Below, piece after piece: positions 9,246-19,657 of a stretch of 64,000 nt of DNA (position 1 is the first letter of the stretch; the number at the start of each line of letters is the position of its first letter). The DNA is from Escherichia coli. GTDB taxonomy: Bacteria; Pseudomonadota; Gammaproteobacteria; Enterobacterales; Enterobacteriaceae. Location: the NCBI RefSeq assembly GCF_050320075.1, contig NZ_CP190018.1, one strand, 5' to 3'. The notes below the pieces were generated by a model, which saw only the letters and a list, made by a program, of their open reading frames with translations, ran no database searches and was not told the origin of the DNA. Made by a program: the position numbers and the translations under genes.

Positions 9246-10664
9246 TCAGACGCCGTAACGTTCGCACCAGCCAAGAATGGCTTTCTCGAAGCAGGCGAAT
9301 GGTGGATGCACAATGCCCGCGCCAATCATGCCAACGCCCGCATCTTTATGGGCAATGGCGGTGTTGATCACCGGCAGAATGCCGCTACTGCCCACGCGGG
9401 TGATGTCGATTGCCGACGGCACGCCCATAAAACCGAGCAGCGGAATGGTGACGTTGGGGTTTTCACCGAGAGTGATTTCGCGCATCTGACGGGAGAAATC
9501 GATAGCCTCTTCCACCGTGCCGCCCACCAGCGCGACGATCGCGGGCGCGGTAGCCATAGCAAATCCACCAATGCCGTAGGTTTCGGTGATGGCGCTGTCG
9601 CCAATATCCAGCCCCGAATCTTCCGGCTTATAACCGGCAAACATCGGGCCGATCACCTGCTGCGCCGGACCGGTAAACCATTGCCCCGGTAATCCGCTGA
9701 CCCGCAGGCCGAACTCGACGCCGTTACGCGCCATCGTGGTGACCACGGTGCTGTATTCGATGCCGTGCGCCGCATCCATCGCCGCTTTACACATCGCCAT
9801 CCACGTCGGGCCGGAGAAGTAGTCGCTGCTGGCGACAAACTCAAACACTTCGCGCTGTTGCTCGACGGAATAACCTGCCTGAATAATCCCCGGCGTCAGC
9901 GCCTGAATCAGCAGCGTCGTCCCGGCGTTATTACGGTTATGGCATTCATCGCCCATATGCAGCGCCTGCGCCAGCATTAAGCGCAGATCGATTTCGCCGA
10001 TAATTTTCATCGCGTCGCGCAGCATTGGCCCCTGCACATCGCGCATCCAGTTGAGGCGGTCAATCACGCTCTGGTCGTTAGCGCCCATACGCAAAATCTT
10101 CGCCATCTGCTCGCTCATATTGGTGTAAGCGATGTTGCCGTAGGTTTTGTTTTTTACGATGTGCATAAACATCGAGGCCGAGGTAACACCTGCCATCGAT
10201 CCCACACAGTCGTGTTCATGGCACGGCGAGAAGGTGATCTCCCCGGAGGCCGCCAAGTCAGCCGCCTCGTCGAGATCTTTCGCCAGCCCTTCGAACACCA
10301 GCGCCCCGGTGACCGCGCCTTTCATTGCGCCGCACATTTTTTCCCAGGTCACTGGCGGCCCGGCGTGAAGAATGGTTTTCGGCGTCATTCCCGGCACCAC
10401 GTTAATCGCCTGATCAAAACCAATCAGCACCGGATGCGACTGGATAATGCGCTCCAGCGCCTGCTGGTTAGCGGCGGCGATTTTGTCTGCCAGCGGCGAA
10501 TCGGCAATGTTATCCAGCGCCTGCACCACCTGCATATTGCCCTGCCCCGGCGGCGTCCAGTCGAGTTGGGTCACTTCTACATGCTGCTTTTTCAAATCAT
10601 CGCTAAACATGGCGATGCCGACGTTAATAACGTTCAACGGTTGGCTAAACAGTGACTGGCTCAT
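9246..10664 (-). CDS. yahG: DUF1116-family protein (YlbE-like), 472 aa
   Basis: Length and position match yahG. The stop overlaps the yahF start by 1 nt, suggesting translational coupling. Confidence 0.7.
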   Translation of the reverse strand: MSQSLFSQPLNVINVGIAMFSDDLKKQHVEVTQLDWTPPGQGNMQVVQALDNIADSPLADKIAAANQQALERIIQSHPVLIGFDQAINVVPGMTPKTILHAGPPVTWEKMCGAMKGAVTGALVFEGLAKDLDEAADLAASGEITFSPCHEHDCVGSMAGVTSASMFMHIVKNKTYGNIAYTNMSEQMAKILRMGANDQSVIDRLNWMRDVQGPMLRDAMKIIGEIDLRLMLAQALHMGDECHNRNNAGTTLLIQALTPGIIQAGYSVEQQREVFEFVASSDYFSGPTWMAMCKAAMDAAHGIEYSTVVTTMARNGVEFGLRVSGLPGQWFTGPAQQVIGPMFAGYKPEDSGLDIGDSAITETYGIGGFAMATAPAIVALVGGTVEEAIDFSRQMREITLGENPNVTIPLLGFMGVPSAIDITRVGSSGILPVINTAIAHKDAGVGMIGAGIVHPPFACFEKAILGWCERYGV

Positions 10665-12211
10665 CAGGCTTCCTCCCCTTTGCAGATAAATTCACGCGCC
10701 AGCAATCCGGTATTGGTGCTGCTGCTTGCCAGAATTACCCCAGCATCAAGCAGCATCTGGCTTTGTTGTTCTAACGATGGCGTATCGAGATCGGTACCCA
10801 GCACATAGGCGAGAATGATCAACTCGCGCCCTTCGGCAGCGGCGATCGCTTTCGCCTCTTTGATCGCCTCGATGGTGGAACCGACCGGATCTTCATGCGA
10901 TCCAAACCCGAGCACAAAATCCATCACGATCACCGCCACTTCTGGATCGTGCGCCTCTTCGATCAAGCGGCTGATACGGTTGGTGGGGTCAATCATTGGA
11001 TGCGGCTTGCCGTTGGTGAAGTCGTCATCGCCAAAGTCGAGGAAGGTGTGTTTGATGCTGCGGTTGATATCTTGCAGGCGGAATTCAGGATCGGGCTGAA
11101 TGTTGCTGTAGACATCGCCATGTTTTTCCATCACCGCGAACATGGTTTCGTCACACAGCGTACCGCCGCAGAACAGGCCACGAATGTATTTCTGTTGCGG
11201 CTTCAGGCGAGCGCGCACGTCAGCAATCAATGGCTGGTTCAGGGTATGCAGATCGAGATGTTCCTGTTTCACGCCGGAGAGCATCACCGCTTTCAGCGCC
11301 GCTTCTTTGCTGCCGCGGGCAAACTTTAGCCCCTGCTCATCCACTGGCGTTTCGCCACGACCGAGGAAGCAGACCACCACCGGCTTGCGGCAGGCGCGTG
11401 CGCGTTCCAGCACTTTGCGGGCCACCGCAGGCGCAGGCGGTTTGGAGATAAGCACAATAATTTCAGTTTGCGGATCGTTTTCCAGCATCCCGATGGCGTC
11501 GAGCATCATCAGGCCGCCGATTTTCTCGCTCAGGTCGCGCCCGCCGGTGCCGATCAGTTGCGAAACGCCGCCGCCAAATTCATGGATACGGACGCTCAGC
11601 TCCTGGCTACCGGTGCCGGATGCGCCAACAATGCCGATGTTGCCGCGACGCACGGCGTTACCAAAGCAGAGCGCCGCGCCGTTGATAATCGCCGTACCGC
11701 AGTCTGGCCCCATCATCAGCAGCCCTTTTTCGTGGGCCAACTGTTTGAGCGCCAGTTCATCTTCAACTGAGACGTTATCGGAAAACAGCATCACGTTAAG
11801 ATCGTTTTGCAGCGCCTGACGCGCTTCGCGAGCGGCAAACAGACCGTTGACCGAAATCACCGCCAGGTTACTTTCCGGGATATGCTTTTTGGCGCTGGCA
11901 ATAGTGGCGTAACGCGCCTCGTGCGGGCCGCTTTGCGCTTTGCTGTTGAACAGTTCTTCAATCTCCACCAGCAACTGCTCGTTGTCTGCGCCCGATTTAC
12001 CATTGATGACAATCATCAGGTCACCGTTTTTCGCCTGCTCCAGCTCCGGCGTCAGCAGCCCTAAATTCTTCAGCACGCCTTTGTTCATTTCGGTCGCCAT
12101 CGCCACAAATGCCTGCTCGACGCCGTCAAGTTTATTTGCACGCGTGGAGATAGACATCAGCGAGACAGAATCAAAATAGGTATTCGGTTTAATGACTATT
12201 TTAACTGACAT
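10664..12211 (-). CDS. yahF: FdrA-like protein with a CoA-ligase/succinyl-CoA-synthetase-alpha-like fold, 515 aa
   Basis: Rossmann/CoA-binding style motifs (GIVGASGTGSQ, GxGG). Length and context match YahF, the FdrA paralogue. Confidence 0.7.
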   Translation of the reverse strand: MSVKIVIKPNTYFDSVSLMSISTRANKLDGVEQAFVAMATEMNKGVLKNLGLLTPELEQAKNGDLMIVINGKSGADNEQLLVEIEELFNSKAQSGPHEARYATIASAKKHIPESNLAVISVNGLFAAREARQALQNDLNVMLFSDNVSVEDELALKQLAHEKGLLMMGPDCGTAIINGAALCFGNAVRRGNIGIVGASGTGSQELSVRIHEFGGGVSQLIGTGGRDLSEKIGGLMMLDAIGMLENDPQTEIIVLISKPPAPAVARKVLERARACRKPVVVCFLGRGETPVDEQGLKFARGSKEAALKAVMLSGVKQEHLDLHTLNQPLIADVRARLKPQQKYIRGLFCGGTLCDETMFAVMEKHGDVYSNIQPDPEFRLQDINRSIKHTFLDFGDDDFTNGKPHPMIDPTNRISRLIEEAHDPEVAVIVMDFVLGFGSHEDPVGSTIEAIKEAKAIAAAEGRELIILAYVLGTDLDTPSLEQQSQMLLDAGVILASSSTNTGLLAREFICKGEEA

Positions 12212-13064
12212 AATTCCCTCCGTAGGTTTGGCTCAGCGCACAACCATCGGCCATGCCATACAGCATGTCGCAGCCGGAACTGGAGCCAATATGTTTAATT
12301 TTTTCTATTGCCTGAGTTGCGTTCCCAGGGATGTCATAAATAATGTTATGAATAAAACGATGAATATCTTCCCGGCAGCGTTGTTGTAATGCGGCTTCCA
12401 GCGTTATGGCACTTAATAACGTGGTATTATTTCTGCCGCGTTGCAGACCGAGATAAAATTCCTCTTTGTATTTTTCCGCCGGATGCCCAGGAATAAATAA
12501 AATAAGCGCCAGACCTGTTAAATAATCGTCGGCTGATGGCGTAAGGCCAATCCCTAAGCCCATCATACTGGCGACCGCTGAGGCGATATTTTGTTTATCG
12601 TTTACGGCCTGAATAACTGCCCGTCGTTTAATATGTAATTCTTTATTTAACGCCTGATAAAACGGATTATCGCCGCAATAATTAAACAGGGTTTCATTTT
12701 CCCCCAGGTGCTGATGAATAATGTCATGCCACTGTTGCCAGGCGATAAGGTGAAAATTCACAGCGGTCATTTGCAAGGTTGGGGACAGCCAACGCCGACA
12801 ACGACTCATCTCTATATGAAGATGTTGACCAACCGTAATGCCTTGATCGTCAAACTGAACCTTATCACCATGCCGGAACAGACCATCAAAGTGAGTGAGT
12901 GCCAACCGACAACTGTTTGGCGCATTGTCGTACTCTTCACAAAGCAGCGTCAGCAACTGCTGGCGGGCCGGAAGTGCGATATTTACCGCTCTGGCAAAGA
13001 CCTGTTCAACCTGTCCTTGCCCCCGCTGCGCCAGAAAATCAGCATCCGCAGTTAGCGCCCACAC
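12201..13064 (-). CDS. yahE: DUF2877-family protein (YlbF-like), 287 aa
   Basis: ORF overlaps the yahF start by 11 nt. Length and context match yahE. Confidence 0.65.
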   Translation of the reverse strand: MWALTADADFLAQRGQGQVEQVFARAVNIALPARQQLLTLLCEEYDNAPNSCRLALTHFDGLFRHGDKVQFDDQGITVGQHLHIEMSRCRRWLSPTLQMTAVNFHLIAWQQWHDIIHQHLGENETLFNYCGDNPFYQALNKELHIKRRAVIQAVNDKQNIASAVASMMGLGIGLTPSADDYLTGLALILFIPGHPAEKYKEEFYLGLQRGRNNTTLLSAITLEAALQQRCREDIHRFIHNIIYDIPGNATQAIEKIKHIGSSSGCDMLYGMADGCALSQTYGGNYVS

Positions 13065-13103
13065 ACACCGTCTTTCTGGTGTGTTGATAGCAAGCCTCCC
13101 GGT

Positions 13104-13709
13104 TTATGCACCTGCGGCCATCAGTAACTGCGCAATCTCTTCAAAGCCTCGTTCCCGCGCCAGTTCCAGCGGCGTTTTGCCATATTTATCCGTCATGTGC
13201 GGGCTGGCACCGTGTTCCAGCAATAACTGGACAATCGCCTGCTGTTTAATCCCGCCATCATTAAGCACAATTGCTTCCAGTAGCGGCGTCCAGCCAACAT
13301 GGTTGGTCTGGTTAACGTTAATCTCCGTATGCGCCAAAAGCTCTTTTACAATACTTAAATGGCCTTTTTCACAGGCAGGCGTCAGGCCGACACCGCCAAA
13401 ACGGGTGACGCAATTAAGATCGGGTTTAGCCGGTAAAATAATCCGTAACAGGGTTAAATCGCCGGTCAGGCAGCTAATTAAAAAAGGATTTGAACATATT
13501 TGATCTTGCTTATTAATATCTGCTCCGGCATCAATTAATGCCTGAACGCAAGCATATTGCTGATATAAACTTGCCAGCGTAATTGCCGTTTTCCCCTGAC
13601 GATCGCAGGTATTAATATCGACACCCAGCGCAAGGCAGGTTTTTACTTTATCGATATCACCCTGTTGCGCAGCCAATAAATAGTCGGCAGGTAGATTTTT
13701 TATAGTCAT
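13104..13709 (-). CDS. yahD: Ankyrin-repeat protein, 201 aa
   Basis: Repeated ankyrin-like units (G.TALH/LA...G....V..LL..GAD.N) are visible in the translation. Length matches YahD. Confidence 0.75.
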   Translation of the reverse strand: MTIKNLPADYLLAAQQGDIDKVKTCLALGVDINTCDRQGKTAITLASLYQQYACVQALIDAGADINKQDQICSNPFLISCLTGDLTLLRIILPAKPDLNCVTRFGGVGLTPACEKGHLSIVKELLAHTEINVNQTNHVGWTPLLEAIVLNDGGIKQQAIVQLLLEHGASPHMTDKYGKTPLELARERGFEEIAQLLMAAGA

Positions 13710-13966
13710 TCACATTCCCCTGGTTTTTGTGGCTGTTTTCGATGAATTGAGAATAGCAACGATAATCTGATAAAAGAACCCGCTTAAATTTAATTCGCCG
13801 TATTTCGCCTTTTTGTTGAATGATGTTCAACAATCTTTTCGCAGTGTGCGGTAGTGCAATATTTGTTTCTTTGACCCGATACCCTTTCACTCAATCAGGT
13901 TTTATTTCTCTATAGTCTGCACATGTAAGAGTAGCTTTCGTCCATGTCTAACCAGAGGGGAACAAG

Positions 13967-14464
13967 ATGAACGGACTCACGGCAACGGGTGTCACCGTCG
14001 GTATTTGTGCAGGGCTTTGGCAGTTAGTGTCTTCACATGTTGGGCTCTCTCAGGGATGGGAATTATTAGGAACCATTGGCTTCGTCGCCTTTTGCAGTTT
14101 TTATGCCGCAGGCGGCGGTAAAACGGGGTTTATCAGAAGCCTGGCGGTTAATTATTCCGGGATGGTGTGGGCGTTTTTCGCCGCGCTGGCTGCCGGTTGG
14201 CTGGCCTCGGTGAGTGGATTGTCCACGTTCTGGGCGAGCGTGATTATGACTGTACCCTTCTCGGCGGTAGTGGTCTGGCAAGGACGTTTCGGTTTATTGT
14301 CTTTTATTCCCGGAGGCTTTCTCGGCATGACGCTATTTTTTGCCAGCGGGATGAACTGGACGGTGACATTACTGGGTTTTCTGGCGGGTAACTGCGTGGG
14401 GATAATTTCAGAATATGGCGGACAAAAATTAAGCGAAGCGACGACTAAACGCGACGGGTATTAA
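13967..14464 (+). CDS. yahC: Inner-membrane protein, 165 aa
   Basis: Highly hydrophobic ORF with several predicted helices, transcribed divergently from yahD. Length matches YahC. Confidence 0.65.
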   Translation: MNGLTATGVTVGICAGLWQLVSSHVGLSQGWELLGTIGFVAFCSFYAAGGGKTGFIRSLAVNYSGMVWAFFAALAAGWLASVSGLSTFWASVIMTVPFSAVVVWQGRFGLLSFIPGGFLGMTLFFASGMNWTVTLLGFLAGNCVGIISEYGGQKLSEATTKRDGY

Positions 14465-14555
14465 AAGTTATTCAAAAATGATTATCTATCTTTAACCGAT
14501 ACCTCTACAGTCATGGCTGGAGAAATTCATAGTAGATAATGGCGGGAATGGTTTA

Positions 14556-15488
14556 ATGAACTCAATTTTTACCGAAGAGAATCTGTTGGCATTTACTACC
14601 GCTGCGCGTTTTGGCAGCTTCAGTAAAGCCGCAGAAGAGTTGGGTTTAACCACTTCCGCCATTAGCTACACCATCAAGCGAATGGAAACAGGGCTGGATG
14701 TGGTGCTGTTCACTCGCAGTACCCGAAGCATTGAGTTAACGGAGTCCGGGCGTTATTTTTTCCGCAAAGCTACCGACCTGCTGAATGATTTTCACGCCAT
14801 CAAACGCAGCATCGATACTATTTCGCAGGGTATAGAAGCACGGGTGCGCATTTGTATTAACCAACTGCTTTATACGCCCAAACACACCGCACGCTTATTA
14901 CAGGTACTGAAAAAGCAGTTTCCTACCTGCCAGATTACCGTCACCACCGAAGTGTATAACGGCGTCTGGGATGCGATTATTAATAATCAGGCGAATATCG
15001 CTATCGGCGCACCCGACACGCTGCTGGACGGTGGCGGCATTGATTACACGGAGATTGGCGCGATTCGCTGGGCTTTTGCCATCGCCCCGGATCACCCGTT
15101 AGCCTTTGTGCCGGAGCCGATCGCCGAAAGCCAACTGCGTCTCTACCCTAATATCATGGTGGAGGACACCGCACATACGATTAATAAAAAAGTGGGCTGG
15201 TTGCTGCATGGGCAGGAGTCAATTCTGGTGCCAGATTTCAACACCAAATGTCAGTGCCAGATTTTAGGTGAAGGAATTGGTTTTTTGCCGGATTACATGG
15301 TCCGTGAGGCGATGGCGCAATCCCTGCTGGTTACCCGACAAATCCATAATCCGCGCCAGGATTCGCGCATGTTACTGGCGACCCAGCACTCTGCCACCGG
15401 TCAGGTGACGCAGTGGATTAAAAAACAATTTTCGCCAAATGGCATATTAACGGGGATCTATCAGGATTTACTGCATCGGGAGAATTAA
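14556..15488 (+). CDS. yahB: LysR-family transcriptional regulator, 310 aa
   Basis: N-terminal LysR HTH (FTTAARFGSFSKAAEELGLTTSAISYTIKRME) plus a substrate-binding domain. Confidence 0.8.
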   Translation: MNSIFTEENLLAFTTAARFGSFSKAAEELGLTTSAISYTIKRMETGLDVVLFTRSTRSIELTESGRYFFRKATDLLNDFHAIKRSIDTISQGIEARVRICINQLLYTPKHTARLLQVLKKQFPTCQITVTTEVYNGVWDAIINNQANIAIGAPDTLLDGGGIDYTEIGAIRWAFAIAPDHPLAFVPEPIAESQLRLYPNIMVEDTAHTINKKVGWLLHGQESILVPDFNTKCQCQILGEGIGFLPDYMVREAMAQSLLVTRQIHNPRQDSRMLLATQHSATGQVTQWIKKQFSPNGILTGIYQDLLHREN

Positions 15489-15529
15489 TCGCTGCCAACT
15501 TCCCGATGCGCTGTGAATAGCGGTTTACA

Positions 15530-16618
15530 TCAACCACCTGCTTTCATTACCCATTCAGAGATAAATTTATTACCCGGTACTGGCGGAGAGTACAAATAGC
15601 CCTGCAAAAAGTGAACGCCTTTGCCGATCATTAAATCCGCCTGCTCCTGGGTTTCTACCCCTTCCGCCACGATACTCAGACCAGGCTTACGCGCCAGTTC
15701 GACAATATTGTCCACAATATGACCGGATATTTCGTCCACGCTCGCCATTTGCACAAATGACTTATCGATCTTAATAAAATCGACCGGGAACGCCTGCAAG
15801 TAACGATAGGTCGCATAACCCGTACCAAAGTCATCCAGCGCAAAGGTAATGTTGTGCTGATGAAGGCTGTCAAATATCGCTCTGGCTTCTGGCGTTACCG
15901 GAATAGGGTTACGTTCCGTTAGCTCGAGAACCAGTTTGATTTTATCGTTACCTAATTTCTTAACCAGGTTCAGGCATTCTTTTTCAAATCCCGCAGCCAA
16001 AAAACAACCCGCCGAGACGTTGATGCCAATATGGAAATTGTCCGGCAGCAAATGTTTTACCGGCATCAGAATATCCGCAGTCTGTTTCATCAACTGGCGA
16101 GTCATTATGACGATAAGACCAGATGACTCCGCCAGAGGAATAAACTGATCCGGTGGGATAATTCCCGTTTGTGGATGTTCCCAGCGGACAAGCACCTCAC
16201 AGCCCGTCAGTACCCCAGTCTGCGCGCAGAAAACCGGTTGGATCCACGGTTTAAATTCATGGTTTTCCAACGCCAGACTGATGGCTTCAGGCGTGACGAT
16301 ATGGTGATAGTGATTATCATTAATATATTTGTGACTATTATTACCCGTGGCGGATATGATCTCCGGATTGTACTGAAAGAAAATATCCCGCCAGAAAGTA
16401 ATATCGCTCTGAATCCCCAGTTTCTCAAAGAGCTGTTTCTTTTGATGTGAAATGGTCTTTGCACTGCGATTTCTGTACTGTGATATTTCTGTTACAGACA
16501 TTCCCTGCATCAGCAGCTTGAGTAGCAGTCGTTCTTTCTCGGATACGCTACCAGGCAATGACAAATGAACCGTTGTACCGAACTCTTGCAGAAAAACACG
16601 AAAATCACATGAATTCAT
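15530..16618 (-). CDS. pdeL: c-di-GMP phosphodiesterase with N-terminal LuxR-type HTH and C-terminal EAL domain, 362 aa
   Basis: LuxR-type HTH (LLKLLMQGMSVTEISQYRNRSAKTISHQKKQLFEKLG) followed by EAL-domain motifs (ELTER, DDFGTGY). Length matches YahA/PdeL. Confidence 0.85.
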   Translation of the reverse strand: MNSCDFRVFLQEFGTTVHLSLPGSVSEKERLLLKLLMQGMSVTEISQYRNRSAKTISHQKKQLFEKLGIQSDITFWRDIFFQYNPEIISATGNNSHKYINDNHYHHIVTPEAISLALENHEFKPWIQPVFCAQTGVLTGCEVLVRWEHPQTGIIPPDQFIPLAESSGLIVIMTRQLMKQTADILMPVKHLLPDNFHIGINVSAGCFLAAGFEKECLNLVKKLGNDKIKLVLELTERNPIPVTPEARAIFDSLHQHNITFALDDFGTGYATYRYLQAFPVDFIKIDKSFVQMASVDEISGHIVDNIVELARKPGLSIVAEGVETQEQADLMIGKGVHFLQGYLYSPPVPGNKFISEWVMKAGG

Positions 16619-17495
16619 GAACACACCTTTTATCTTTTATCGCTGTTCAGTATGAGTGATTACCTGTGGATTCCTGAGCACACATAAGGGGTAACCATAA
16701 ACATCAGCGATGCCATACGCATAACATCCCACATCACTATCAAAAAGATTATCTTTACCTCTGATGCTCGCTCAAAAACAGTTACGCTAAATACCTTAAA
16801 AAGGTAATCACAAGTCAAACTCAGGAGATAATCACGCAAGAATGCAATATTAAAATTCAGATACTCATTTTTGGTAATAAAGAAGTAGTTGGACTATTTC
16901 AATATTTATAATTTCCCACTACGTATTGACGCCCATTCATGAGTAAAGGCGCATTATATGAATTTAACAATCCAGATCAACTGAAAATACCTCAACCTCA
17001 TAAACACATAGCGTCAACATTCAATGACATAATGAGTAAAGATGTTGGTTATGCATACACGTCATTACTCTATGCCTATCCCTTAACAACCTGCTTTTTA
17101 AGGCTGAATCCATTCAGCAATAGATAGCCAACATTATAACAATGACAATAAAAACAATATTTAAAACAATCAATAAAATATCAGACACAGACAATTAAAC
17201 CTTAAACAACAAACAGTTACATTGATTTTAGTTGATTTGCGCTACGCGTTTCCCATGAATAAAGCGTCATTTCAAATTAGCACCAATATTTACATTAAAT
17301 AAGACTAAGCTTATTGAACATTCACAACAGTCCAAGCGTAGGTTTTGGGCTTCAATAGTTCTTTTCTTTTTTATTATCTGTTGCCTGGCAATCATCAATC
17401 GATACTAAGGGCTTAACTGTACACAGATATAACGTATCAAGAGGTAAGAGAAACCGCGCCATATGCAGACATGGCGCGGTTTTATGCAATAACAA

Positions 17496-19529
17496 TCACG
17501 CGTCCGGGAACATCACGCTATGGCCCGGCGCTTCACGATGGAGATGGATAAAGTTAAGGTGCCGCTCGTACTGATCGAGAATATCGGTGATCACCTGCTC
17601 TTTGCTGTAGTCCATCAGGTCGTTGCCCTGGCTGCCTTCTAACAGGAAAGTTTCCAGCCGGTAGTAGGTCGATTTACCGCTACGTGCGCGGTAGGTAAAG
17701 CCCGGCACCGAATATTGCTGCGGCCAAATCTGATAGACAAAGTTTTGCTCTTCGCCCATATGCACCAACAAATCCAGATGCCCCAACTGTTGTCCCTCTT
17801 CCGGCGGCAGGCTTTTTAGCTCCACGTACGCGCCGCGCAACCGCAGCTCCTGCGCCACTTCTTCCATTGCCGGGTAACAGACCGTCTCCATCATCTGTTT
17901 AGTGTAACGCGTGCCCGGATAATTCATCAGGCGCGAGAGACGTTTTTTCCAGCTCAGGCGATCCTGAAGCCCCAGCGGTCGCGGCGCGGTATCACGGTTG
18001 GCACTTTCACGGCGGTAATCTTCTACCTTCAGAGATTTATACAACCCCGCCATCACGAAGAAAATCACAAAGCTGAACGGCAGCCCCATGATTACCGTGG
18101 TGTTTTGCAGCGCGGATATCCCGTTGGTCATCAGCATGCCGAGCGTCAGCAGGCCAATCGCCACCGACCAGAAGACGCGCAGCCAGCCGGGGGCGTCGCT
18201 GTTGATATCTTTAAGCTGCGAGGTGAAATTCCCCAGCACCAGCGCCCCGGAGTCCGCCGAGGTCACATAAAACAGCAGGCCAGTAATGGTGGCGACGGAG
18301 GCGCTAAAGGTAAACGCCGGATACTGCGCCAGCAGGCTGTAGAAGCCGCGCTCCGGATGGACCATCGCTTCCTCGGCAAATGCCGCGCCGCCGTGGATGA
18401 TTTCATACAGCGCGCTATTGCCGAACACCGAGAGCCATAACAGCGTGAAGGTAAACGGAATAATCAACGTGCCCAGCACGAACTGGCGAATGGTACGCCC
18501 ACGCGAGATACGCGCCAGGAACAGGCCGACAAACGGCGACCATGCCACCCACCATGCCCAGAAGAAGAGCGTCCAGTTATTCATCCACTCAACCGGACGG
18601 TCGAAGGCAAAACTGTTGAGCGTCATGCCCATAAAGCGATTCACATAGTCGCCAACGTTCAGCACCAGCGCATTAAGCAGGAACGAGGTGTCGCCCATAA
18701 ACAGCACGAACAGGATCAACCCCAGCGCCAGCGCAACGTTGAGTTCCGATAACACGCGAATGCCCTTATCGACACCGGAGGTGACAGAGATCGTGGCGAT
18801 GATCACCGACAAGGCGATCAGTGCCGCTTTCGCCGCCATTGAATCGGGAATATCAAACAGTACGCTCAAGCCATAGTTAAGCTGTACCACACCGATACCG
18901 AGCGTAGTGGCAATACCGAAGATGGTGCCGATTACCGCTGCAATATCCACTGAATGACCAATCGGCCCGTTAATCCGTTTACCGAAGATCGGGTACAGCG
19001 CCGAGCGGATGGTGAGCGGCAAATTATAACGATAGCTAAAGTATCCGAGCGCCATGCCCATCAGCGCATACATCGACCAGCCGGTTAAGCCGTAGTGAAA
19101 CAGCGTCCAGACCATCGCCTGACGCGCAGCCTCAATCGTCTGACCCGCGCCTTCCGGCGGCTGCATATACTGCGTTACCGGTTCGGCTACGGAGAAGAAC
19201 ATCAGGTCGATACCGATCCCGGCAGCAAACAGCATCGCCGCCCAACTCAGCAGACTGAATTCCGGTTTGGATTGTTCTGGCCCGAGCTTCACCGAACCAA
19301 AACGCGAACAAGCGATACAGACCACAAAGACAATATAGAGCGTTGCCGCCAGCAGATAGTACCAACCGAAGGTTTTAGAGACCCAGTCCAGCGTGCGTCC
19401 AATCCACAGGGCCGAGAAGTCGCGAAACAGGATCGTTGTCAGGGAAAACAACAAAATCAGTCCGGCGGAAGTGTAAAACACCACCGGATTGATTTTGTCC
19501 TTTTCCCTGCTGTGTGAAAGGTCTGTCAT
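17496..19529 (-). CDS. betT: BCCT-family choline transporter, 677 aa
   Basis: Long polytopic membrane protein with the BCCT tryptophan-rich segment (WTLFFWAWWVAWSPFVG). Divergent from betI. Confidence 0.9.
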   Translation of the reverse strand: MTDLSHSREKDKINPVVFYTSAGLILLFSLTTILFRDFSALWIGRTLDWVSKTFGWYYLLAATLYIVFVVCIACSRFGSVKLGPEQSKPEFSLLSWAAMLFAAGIGIDLMFFSVAEPVTQYMQPPEGAGQTIEAARQAMVWTLFHYGLTGWSMYALMGMALGYFSYRYNLPLTIRSALYPIFGKRINGPIGHSVDIAAVIGTIFGIATTLGIGVVQLNYGLSVLFDIPDSMAAKAALIALSVIIATISVTSGVDKGIRVLSELNVALALGLILFVLFMGDTSFLLNALVLNVGDYVNRFMGMTLNSFAFDRPVEWMNNWTLFFWAWWVAWSPFVGLFLARISRGRTIRQFVLGTLIIPFTFTLLWLSVFGNSALYEIIHGGAAFAEEAMVHPERGFYSLLAQYPAFTFSASVATITGLLFYVTSADSGALVLGNFTSQLKDINSDAPGWLRVFWSVAIGLLTLGMLMTNGISALQNTTVIMGLPFSFVIFFVMAGLYKSLKVEDYRRESANRDTAPRPLGLQDRLSWKKRLSRLMNYPGTRYTKQMMETVCYPAMEEVAQELRLRGAYVELKSLPPEEGQQLGHLDLLVHMGEEQNFVYQIWPQQYSVPGFTYRARSGKSTYYRLETFLLEGSQGNDLMDYSKEQVITDILDQYERHLNFIHLHREAPGHSVMFPDA

Positions 19530-19593
19530 CCAGTATCCCCACTGTTATTGTTACCATTTAAAATCAAATTCGTAACAATTAAGACACATTTTA

Positions 19594-19613
19594 TATTGAA
19601 CGTCCAATCAATA
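19594..19613. promoter_or_regulatory. Candidate BetI operator in the betT / betI divergent promoter region
   Basis: Inverted repeat TATTGA-ACGTCCAA-TCAATA lies in the 128-bp region between the divergent betT and betI starts. Confidence 0.45.
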
Positions 19614-19657
19614 ACCGCTTTAATAGATAAACAACGCTGATGAATGGAGTGGCGAAA

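Noticed and set aside
10161-11819. Several plus-strand ORFs of 144-225 aa inside yahG and yahF.
   Set aside because: They are antisense to conserved genes and Ser/Pro/Arg-rich with low complexity; no independent support.
16939-17127. 62-aa ORF in the AT-rich pdeL-betT intergenic region.
   Set aside because: No ribosome-binding site or motif was noticed, and the region is more plausibly promoter DNA; coding status is unsupported.
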